Of a stretch of 64,000 bases of DNA, positions 57,142 to 64,000 are shown in pieces. Position numbers and translations under genes: made by a program. This DNA comes from an uncultured Actinomycetes bacterium (GTDB lineage: Bacteria > Actinomycetota > Thermoleophilia > RBG-16-64-13). The stretch covers positions 149,561 through 213,560 of the forward strand of contig CAVPLM010000008.1 in NCBI GenBank assembly GCA_963706025.1, written 5' to 3'. Position 1 is the first letter of the stretch. Every line of letters begins with the position of its first letter. Under the pieces are notes generated by a model. That model saw only the letters and a list, made by a program, of their open reading frames with translations, was not told where the DNA came from and searched no databases.

Positions 57142-58098
57142 ATGGCCGCAGGCGAACATGCGGGGCAAGAGGAGGCAGGGCGAGATCATGCTGGGCAAGA
57201 CGATGCTCGTGACCAGATGACGCCGGGATTCTGGGGCTCCCTTTCGGCTCTGTCCTGGGGAACCGCCGACTTCCTCGCCCGCTTCACCGGCCGGGCCGTG
57301 GGCTTCGTGAACGCCTTGCTGGCCTTGCTGGTGATCAGTCTGGTGTTCCTGGGCCTGTGGATGGTCGCCAGCGGCACCGCATTCGTGTGGAGCCTGACCA
57401 CGTTCTTGCTCCTCGTCCTGGCCGGCCTCTCGTTCCTGGTGGGGTACCTGTTCTTCTACAGGGCCCTGGTCTGGGGGCCGGTGACCCTCGTCGCCCCCAT
57501 CGCGGGAAGCTATCCGGCAATGGTGGTGCTCATCGCGGTGATTCTGGGCAGCCGGCCGAGCGCCCTCCAGTGGACGGGTACCTTTCTCACCCTGGTAGGC
57601 GTGGTCGTAGTGGCCAGGGGAGGTGGCGAGGTCGAAACAGGGCATACGACGACCCCCGTCGGCCGCTCACCATCGCGGAAGCGGACGACCGCCGCTTCCG
57701 TGGCCGCCGCTATCAGCTTCGCGGCTGTGATCAGCATCACCCAGGAGGTCGTGACCGAGGTCGGCACCCTCCAGACCTTGTGGGTCCCCCGGGCGGTGGC
57801 CCTTGTAGTCCTGGTGGCGGTCCTGACCGTCGGATGGGCCCGGGGGCGGCCTCGTCCCACAATCCCTCGACGGTGGTGGCCCGTGCTGACTGTCCAGGCC
57901 GGCTTAGACACGGCTGGGTACCTCACGCTCTATCTCGCCTCCTCCGGCCCGAATCCGGAGATAGCGGCCATGGCCTCCTCCGCATACTATGTGGTCACGG
58001 TGCTGCTCGGCCGCGTGATACTGAAGGAACGCGTGAGCCTCCCCCAAATGGGCGGCATCGGGCTGGTGTTCGTGGGAGTCCTCCTCCTGTCGGCCTAG
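57142..58098 (+). CDS. EamA/DMT family transporter
   Basis: WGTADFLA, YRALVWGPVTLVAPI, LKERVS; about ten TM helices. The start could be 57217. Confidence 0.85.
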   Translation: MAAGEHAGQEEAGRDHAGQDDARDQMTPGFWGSLSALSWGTADFLARFTGRAVGFVNALLALLVISLVFLGLWMVASGTAFVWSLTTFLLLVLAGLSFLVGYLFFYRALVWGPVTLVAPIAGSYPAMVVLIAVILGSRPSALQWTGTFLTLVGVVVVARGGGEVETGHTTTPVGRSPSRKRTTAASVAAAISFAAVISITQEVVTEVGTLQTLWVPRAVALVVLVAVLTVGWARGRPRPTIPRRWWPVLTVQAGLDTAGYLTLYLASSGPNPEIAAMASSAYYVVTVLLGRVILKERVSLPQMGGIGLVFVGVLLLSA

Positions 58099-58319
58099 AG
58101 ACTCCGCGAGGGCCCGGTCGGGTCTGCCACAGTGGGAGAGATTCCAAGCGTGGAAGGCCCCGTTCCGGGGTAGAGTGACCCGGTGATTCGAAGAACCCTC
58201 GGGAAAGGAGCACTCGGGGTCATGACGACTCCACTCGACTCGGTCATGGCGGCGGACCCCCGAGTCGTCCGCCTTGATCGACATCTTTTGCTCCGGTCAG
58301 GGCAATCCCGGATGATCTG

Positions 58320-59246
58320 GTGGGTGACGTGAGAGCCGGTGCAGTAGCCAACAAGGCTTCTCTGCTCTTCGACTTCTCGCACAGTCGTCAAGCGCTCCTC
58401 TCCGTTGCCCAACCTGCGCTCGGAGCCTTCATCGCTCAAGGAGGGTTCCCGACGCTGCGCGTCATAGGTCTGGGATTCGTCGCCTCGCTGGCGGGGATGC
58501 TGTCCGTCTATGCCTCCAACGATCTGCTGGATCTGCGGACCGATCGGAAGGCCGTCAATCTGCCGACCTCTCCCAAAGTCGCCGAAGTCTACGACGTGGA
58601 CGTCATGAGCGTGCGCCACCCGGTCGCTCTCGGCGTGCTCTCCACTCGTCTCGCGGTTGCCTGGGTCGTCGGTCTCGGCTTGGTCGCGCTGGTCTTCGCC
58701 TACCTGCTGCGACCTGGCTGTGCGGCCATGTTCGTTGGCTGCGTCGTCCTCGAGGCCATATACTGCGCGCTCAAGCACCGGACTTGGCTCAAGACCATCC
58801 CCGGTGGAGCCATGGTGGGTCTGGGAGGGTTGGCCGGATGGTACGCGGTGGGAGACATGGACCTCTACGCCCTCGCGTTCTTTGTCCTGCTCACTTTCTG
58901 GGAGATCTTCGGGCGGAACTTGACAAACGACTTGGCGGACCTGTCCCACGATGCCCCCCTCGGCATCAGAACCCTCGCCGCAGTGCACGGCCCGGAGTGG
59001 GCCGCCAGGGCGAGCTTCGCGGGGACGATCGCGATCCTGCCGGTGGCCGCACTGCAACAAGGCAGTCTCGTGCTCCGTCTTCTGCTGGTGGTGGCGGCAG
59101 CCTGGACGATGACCCTTCCTGCCTACGGACTGGTTCGCGCTCCCGGTGAGCGAGCAGCCCAGCGCATGTTCAACCGAGCAAGCTTCTTCCCGCCGTTGGC
59201 CTTCTTGGCTACTGTGGTCTTCTTCGCCATACGAGGTGTCCTATGA
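58320..59246 (+). CDS. UbiA family prenyltransferase
   Basis: Asp-rich motifs NDLLDLRTD and NDLADLSHD, plus RHPVALG; multi-TM. Confidence 0.88.
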   Translation: MGDVRAGAVANKASLLFDFSHSRQALLSVAQPALGAFIAQGGFPTLRVIGLGFVASLAGMLSVYASNDLLDLRTDRKAVNLPTSPKVAEVYDVDVMSVRHPVALGVLSTRLAVAWVVGLGLVALVFAYLLRPGCAAMFVGCVVLEAIYCALKHRTWLKTIPGGAMVGLGGLAGWYAVGDMDLYALAFFVLLTFWEIFGRNLTNDLADLSHDAPLGIRTLAAVHGPEWAARASFAGTIAILPVAALQQGSLVLRLLLVVAAAWTMTLPAYGLVRAPGERAAQRMFNRASFFPPLAFLATVVFFAIRGVL

Positions 59247-60028
59247 CCCTGCGCAGCAGATCACATCGGCGTCTACGCCCGCCGCGGCGGGAGACCCGCG
59301 CTCCGACGGATTCGACCTATCTTAGGGATCTTTTCGGCGCAAGCGCCCGCTATTACGAGCGGGTGAACATGGTGACCAGTCTGGGACAGGTGGTCCTTTG
59401 GCGGAGGGAGGTGATCAGAGCAGCTCGCCTGCGTCCGACCGATCGAGTGTTGGATGCGTTCTGCGGCCCGGGGGCTCTGGCCGAGCAGGCATTTGCGCTG
59501 CTGGGCAGCGAGGGCCGGCTGGTTTTGGCCGACCTCAGTCCGGTCATGCTCCATCATGCGAGAATGCGTCTCGAGCAAGCGGACGCGGGCCGCCCCGGCT
59601 CTCACCCGCCGGTGGAGTACGTTGCCGGAGATCTGCTGCGCGACGACTTGGGCCTGAGGGACTTCGACGCCGTGATCCTGGGTTGGGGCCTCCGCTACGT
59701 GGAGGACGTGCACGCGGCCCTGACCCGCATGCACGCTTTTCTGCGACCGGAGGGTCGCCTGGTGATCCTGGAGTTCACCCGCCCACCGTCGATCAGTTGG
59801 GCTACTCCCGCCCACCTATACTTCCGGTACATCCTGCCGAGAGCGGGCTCCTGGCTGGCTCGAGACAGGGAGTTGCACGAGTACCTCCAGGTCTCGGCTG
59901 CCGAATTCCTCAGCGCCGCCGACCTCATGCGGGCCCTTGAGCAGGCCGGATTCGCAGTGATCTACCACCGGACCCACATTGACGGGCTTGTCACCATCCT
60001 CACGGCGGTGGCAACGCGGGCACGGTGA
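59243..60028 (+). CDS. ubiE: UbiE/MenG family C-methyltransferase
   Basis: YERVNMVTSLGQVVLWR, VLDAFCGPG, DLSPVML, GLRYVED, ILEFTRP, YLQVS. ATGA overlap with the UbiA gene. Confidence 0.82.
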   Translation: MTLRSRSHRRLRPPRRETRAPTDSTYLRDLFGASARYYERVNMVTSLGQVVLWRREVIRAARLRPTDRVLDAFCGPGALAEQAFALLGSEGRLVLADLSPVMLHHARMRLEQADAGRPGSHPPVEYVAGDLLRDDLGLRDFDAVILGWGLRYVEDVHAALTRMHAFLRPEGRLVILEFTRPPSISWATPAHLYFRYILPRAGSWLARDRELHEYLQVSAAEFLSAADLMRALEQAGFAVIYHRTHIDGLVTILTAVATRAR

Positions 60029-60042
60029 AGGTATCAGCCGAG

Positions 60043-60768
60043 CTATTCTCGGAAACCCAGCGTGCGGGCAAGCTCGACGAGTATCCCCGCTGTGGCTCCC
60101 CAGATGCGGCGGCCCGGGTAGGGTAGGACGTAGAAGTGGCGGCGCGGGCCGGCCTGGACGATGCTCCCGCGGTGATGGTTCGCCGGGTCGAGCACAAAGC
60201 TCAGAGGTACCTCGAAGATCTCGGCCACCTCGCGCCTGTCAGGCTCGAACTCGACCGGGGGCTCGATCCAACCGACGAAGGGATACACCTGGAAGCCCGT
60301 GACTGTCTCGTGGGGTGGGAGGCAACCCAAGATCTCCACCCTCTCTGGAGCCAAGCCGATCTCCTCGAAGGCCTCGCGCAGAGCGGCCCCCGCAGGACCG
60401 TCGTCATCGGCTTCGACCCGGCCTCCGGGCAGGCTGATCTCCGCCGGGTGATTGTTCAGGTCGGCCGTCCGCTGGGTCAGGATGATCGACGGGCCCTCAG
60501 GATGCCCGAGCAACCCGATCAGGACCGCCGCGGGGATCCCTTGCGCCGCCGGCGACCCCGACTGCCCGGCCGACCCCGGGGGCTCGGCCAACCCCGAGCT
60601 CCCGGCAGGCCCCGAGCTCCCGGCCGGCGGACATGTGCCGTGTAGCAGACGCCGCAGTTCTTCCCGGTCTGGCGGTCGACCGCTCGATCCCGGCGAAATC
60701 CGCAGTTCTGGCCTGTCCTTGCTCGCGGGAATAGATCCCCTCCTCACCTGCCGCGCCCCCGACGTCAC
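60043..60768 (-). CDS. Nudix CoA pyrophosphatase (NudL-like)
   Basis: AAVLI, LTQR...HPAEISLPGG, ALREAFEEIGL, IWGATA. There is an in-frame PAGSSG repeat insert at about 60549-60628. Confidence 0.9.
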   Translation of the reverse strand: MTSGARQVRRGSIPASKDRPELRISPGSSGRPPDREELRRLLHGTCPPAGSSGPAGSSGLAEPPGSAGQSGSPAAQGIPAAVLIGLLGHPEGPSIILTQRTADLNNHPAEISLPGGRVEADDDGPAGAALREAFEEIGLAPERVEILGCLPPHETVTGFQVYPFVGWIEPPVEFEPDRREVAEIFEVPLSFVLDPANHHRGSIVQAGPRRHFYVLPYPGRRIWGATAGILVELARTLGFRE

Positions 60769-62840
60769 CAGAGGCGGTATAGCGTGCCGCTGCCGGAGCT
60801 CCCGCCGTACTCGGTTGCGTCCACGACGGTGCCGTTCTGCCTAACCCACTGCTCTATTGAGGCGGACGTGCCACCGGAAATGCCGGGGCCTCCTGGCAGA
60901 CCGCCGACCGACCCAGTTGAGGCCCCAGCCGGAGGACCGTAGTTCGAAGTCGGCTCTCCAGCCGCGGGGGCAGCGGGTGACGCGGTTTCCGAGGCGGCCA
61001 GCGGTCCGATCGGACCACCCGGGCCTCGGTTGCCGCCTACAAGAACGTATCGAATCCGATGAGCGGCCGACATCTCCTGGAACTGGGCCGGCGTCGGACA
61101 GGGATCGGCCCCGCTGAATCCCCCCATGGCCATCACCGGCTCGCCGGTGGCGATGATGATGGATTGCGCCGCCTGGGCTCCTGCGACCGCCACCAAGAAT
61201 TCCGCACTCCCCCGGTTCGCCACCAGATAGTCCACCAGGGATTGATCCACCGCCGTCTCGGCCCCGGGTTGCCCAGCGGCGGCAACATCGCCCAGAGCAT
61301 ACGAGGGAGGCCCCGGCAGGGCGGCCAGGCCGCCGGCGCCCGGCATGCCGCCGGGGAGCTGCGCCGCGGACGCGGGCCCGGCGGCCGCGAGCGCTCCGGT
61401 GACGCTTCGCGAAACCGTGCTGAGCGAGTAGGCCGTCGGTCCGGCCAAGACGCAGGCGGTCGCCACAACGGCGACACCGACGGTCAGGGTCTTGGCGTTG
61501 ACGACCCGCAGAATGACCAGGAGCAGCCCGGCCGCGGCCAAAGACCCTGCCACCACCACCGTGGTGGCCAGACCGGGGGCATAGCCCGGCGTTCGGCCGA
61601 GGAGGTAGGCCGACAAGGCCGCGGTACCAACCACGGCTCCCGGCAGGAGCCAGGCCAGCCATCGGTTGGCGCGCCCCAGCCGCCACATCGCCACCGAGCC
61701 GGCGCCGGCGAGGCCGGCGACCGAGGGGGCGAGGATCACGGCGTAGTACGGGTGCAGTACTCCCGTGGCCCAGCTGAAGACGCCCAGGTAGAGCAAGGTC
61801 CAGGCTCCCCACAGGAGGTAGCCGGCACGGGCCAGGTCGGTGCGGCCGCGCCGGCGCGTGAGCCAAAGGCCGGCTCCCAGCCCAACCAGAGCGAGAGGCA
61901 CCAACCACGAGATCTGACCGCCGAGTTCAGCGTTGAAGATCCGTAGCCAGCCGGCCGCTCCACTGAAGTTCGGCACCGGTCCGGCGCTCCCTACATAGCC
62001 GGCACTGCGGCTGAAGATAAGATCGAGCACGGAGTTGTCGGCGCTCCCGCCGATGAACGGCCGGCCGGCAGCCGGCCACAGCTCGACGATCGCCACCCAC
62101 CACGCGCTGGAGACGACCAGGGCGGCGGCGGCCGCCATCACCTGCAGCAATCTACGCCCCAGTCTGGGCCGGGCGCACACCACGTACACGAGAGCAAAAG
62201 CCGGCAGAACAACGAGGGCTTCCAACATCTTGGTCAGGAAAGCGAACCCGACCAACGCACCGCATCCCATGAGTATCCAGGTGGATCCCTTTTCGAGAGC
62301 GGACCAGAGCGCCCAGGCGGCCGCAAGGAGCAGCAGGGTGAGCAAGGCATCCGGGTTGTTGAGCCGGAACATGACCACGGCCACGGGCGTCAACGCGAAG
62401 GCCAGCGCGGCGAGGATTCCGGCTACGTCTCCCTGCCATCGGCGCACGAGACGGTAGAGGATCAGGACCGAGGCCACCCCCGCCAGCGCCTGCGGCAGAA
62501 GGATGCTCCAACTCGAGAAGCCGAATAGCCGGGCGGACAACCCCTGTATCCACAAAGAGGCCGGCAGCTTGTCCACGGTAATGAACGACCCCGGGTCGAG
62601 AGCACCGAAGAACAGGGCTTTCCAGCTCGTGCTGGCGCTCTTGACCGCTGCAGCGTAGTAGGCGTTGCCCATGCCGTTGCGCGAGAGGCCCCAGGTGAAA
62701 AGCCCGAGGGCAAGCATTGTGACGGCGATCAAACCGGCCCAAGACCACCAGGGTCGAGGGTCTCGCCTCCAGAACCGCAACGCGCCGCTGCTCACTGCGC
62801 CGCTGCTCACTGCGCCGCTGCTCACTGCCCCGCTGCTCAC
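60765..62840 (-). CDS. Glycosyltransferase family 39 (ArnT/PMT-like, YkcB-type mannosyltransferase)
   Basis: GNAYYAAAVKS, ITVDKLP, RLNNPDA, FLTKML, RPFIGGS, HPYY, MGGFSG. GTG 62840 follows the RBS AAGGAG. Confidence 0.9.
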   Translation of the reverse strand: MSSGAVSSGAVSSGAVSSGALRFWRRDPRPWWSWAGLIAVTMLALGLFTWGLSRNGMGNAYYAAAVKSASTSWKALFFGALDPGSFITVDKLPASLWIQGLSARLFGFSSWSILLPQALAGVASVLILYRLVRRWQGDVAGILAALAFALTPVAVVMFRLNNPDALLTLLLLAAAWALWSALEKGSTWILMGCGALVGFAFLTKMLEALVVLPAFALVYVVCARPRLGRRLLQVMAAAAALVVSSAWWVAIVELWPAAGRPFIGGSADNSVLDLIFSRSAGYVGSAGPVPNFSGAAGWLRIFNAELGGQISWLVPLALVGLGAGLWLTRRRGRTDLARAGYLLWGAWTLLYLGVFSWATGVLHPYYAVILAPSVAGLAGAGSVAMWRLGRANRWLAWLLPGAVVGTAALSAYLLGRTPGYAPGLATTVVVAGSLAAAGLLLVILRVVNAKTLTVGVAVVATACVLAGPTAYSLSTVSRSVTGALAAAGPASAAQLPGGMPGAGGLAALPGPPSYALGDVAAAGQPGAETAVDQSLVDYLVANRGSAEFLVAVAGAQAAQSIIIATGEPVMAMGGFSGADPCPTPAQFQEMSAAHRIRYVLVGGNRGPGGPIGPLAASETASPAAPAAGEPTSNYGPPAGASTGSVGGLPGGPGISGGTSASIEQWVRQNGTVVDATEYGGSSGSGTLYRLW
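62781..62840 (-). repeat. 4 x 15-bp tandem repeat (VSSGA) that includes the start codon
   Basis: GTGAGCAGCGGCGCA-type unit four times. Confidence 0.9.
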
Positions 62841-62942
62841 TACTACTCTCCTTCGGCGGTGGAGGTGGTGTGACGTACTCTTTTGGAAGGATATCCCGGA
62901 TCGTATAAAGCCGGCGTATGGAGCGACGCACGGACGCACGGT

Positions 62943-62969
62943 GTTTCGCATCCCCGTGAGCGCGGGTAG
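62943..62969 (+). promoter_or_regulatory. sigmaB/sigmaF-type promoter
   Basis: GTTT-N17-GGGTAG upstream of the VOC gene. Confidence 0.6.
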
Positions 62970-63033
62970 TTCACTCGGCAAGGAGCCCGGGACGTTCCGG
63001 GCTCGAGTTGAAGAGTGGAATGAGGTGATCGCT

Positions 63034-63434
63034 GTGGCAGCGCTCGGTGACACGATGGTCTGCGGGGTCCTCCGTGCGGAAGACTATGACCGCGCCAAGA
63101 AGTTCTACACAGAGGTACTGGGGCTGACTCCGGCGCAGGAGTCTCCCGGTCCCACCCGCAAGGGGATGCCCTCGGCGGGAGGGGGCACGATGGTGTCCAT
63201 ATACGAGCGGCCAGGTATGCCGGCTCCGAAAACACGACTCTGGCCTTCGGAGTGCCGGCCGACAAGTTCGATGCCCTGGCGGATGAAGTCCGCGCCCGGG
63301 GCGTGGTGTTCGAGGACTATGACATCCCGGAGATCGGCCTGAAGACGGTCAACGGGATCGTCGAGCTCAGTGGCGGCAAAGCAGCCTGGTTCAAGGATTC
63401 CGAGGGCAACATCATCAGCCTCATGTCGATGTGA
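63034..63434 (+). CDS. VOC/glyoxalase family protein (one A missing in an A-run near 63230)
   Basis: DYDRAKKFYTEVLGL...[shift]...RGVVFEDYD...KAAWFKDSEGNII. Confidence 0.85.
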
Positions 63435-63473
63435 CCGGCTGACCCCGTTCCCCTGCTCGCGCGGTGCCAGGGC

Positions 63474-63502
63474 TGTGGCATAGTGACACAATGAATGCCA
63501 CA
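63474..63502. promoter_or_regulatory. Inverted-repeat operator of the TA operon
   Basis: Perfect IR TGTGGCAT-N13-ATGCCACA in an AT-richer promoter region. Confidence 0.6.
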
Positions 63503-63536
63503 ATGTTACAAAGTGGTACCGGCCAGGGGGCAGGCG

Positions 63537-63764
63537 ATGAGGAATATGTCGATCAGAGAATTGAGGGAGTCGCTCTCATCGATCAGCGAGATCCTCGAGA
63601 GGGACGGCGAGGTCGTGCTGACGCGTCATGGGCGGGCCTTGGTAAGACTGGTTCCTCTGAATCCGTCCCACTCCGCTCCCAGTCACGCCGATCTGCGCGC
63701 CGGCATGCCCCGCATGACCGTTCCCAGCGAGGAGCTCGTCCGGGCTGATCGGGAGATGGGGTAG
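63537..63764 (+). CDS. Phd/YefM family antitoxin
   Basis: MSIRELRESLS...GEVVLTRHGRALVRLVP...LVRADRE. Confidence 0.85.
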   Translation: MRNMSIRELRESLSSISEILERDGEVVLTRHGRALVRLVPLNPSHSAPSHADLRAGMPRMTVPSEELVRADREMG

Positions 63765-63769
63765 CCGCG

Positions 63770-64000
63770 ACGAGCGTCTAGTTCGACATCAGCGCCCTCG
63801 CGAAGTGGTACCTCAATGAGGAGCAGTCTGAAGATGTGGAGGAGTATCTCGGGCAGGTCTGCCCGGTCTACATAAGCCTTCTCGCCAAGGCGGAGATGAG
63901 GTCGCTGATGGCCAGGCGCACACGGGAGGGCCATGTAGATTCGGAGACCCAGGGCAAGATCCTCGCCACCTTCGGCCGAGAGAAGCCTAGAGGCAGGCCT
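63770..64000 (+). pseudogene. vapC: Inactivated PIN/VapC toxin
   Basis: ACG AGC GTC TAG TTC GAC ATC AGC GCC CTC GCG AAG TGG TAC corresponds to MSVYFDTSALAKWY with a lost start, a nonsense codon and T>I. It continues NEEQSEDV...ISLLAKAEMRS. Confidence 0.8.

Noticed and set aside
40990-63781. In-frame TAG codons (40990, 63779) as pyrrolysine or stop-codon recoding
   Set aside because: Both genes carry other lesions (a deletion, a lost start), and TAG is used as a normal stop by many genes in the window.

Overview
A GC-rich bacterial chromosomal segment. SLH-domain surface proteins, an actinobacterial-type IS982 and anaerobic enzymes suggest an uncultured anaerobic Actinomycetota such as a Thermoleophilia-like lineage; this placement is inference. 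The window holds about 55 genes of mixed accessory and metabolic function. These include sucCD with a 2-oxoacid:ferredoxin oxidoreductase, cysteine synthase, an acyl-CoA ligase, an orphan pyrogallol-transhydroxylase-like Mo enzyme, an MBL/methyltransferase/radical-SAM operon, a divergent glcD and alanine-glyoxylate aminotransferase pair, a CYTH-Ppx-CYTH/PPK2 polyphosphate cluster, a Stay-Green homologue, a TetR-controlled ABC exporter, a heliorhodopsin, an osmoprotectant ABC system, UbiA/UbiE, a GT39 glycosyltransferase and a VapBC module with a dead toxin. I found no rRNA, intact tRNA or CRISPR array. The most notable observations are: (1) a heliorhodopsin with both conserved Schiff-base-cavity histidines replaced by Leu; (2) seven sigmaB/sigmaF-type promoters outlining a general-stress regulon, with an RsbU-like phosphatase in the same window; (3) the double-CYTH polyphosphate module; (4) the Stay-Green homologue; (5) the 3' half of a tRNA-Arg(CCT) that looks like an integration scar. 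Many genes carry single small indels, often in homopolymers, which are probably assembly errors. All assignments come from motif recognition by eye and no searches were run.
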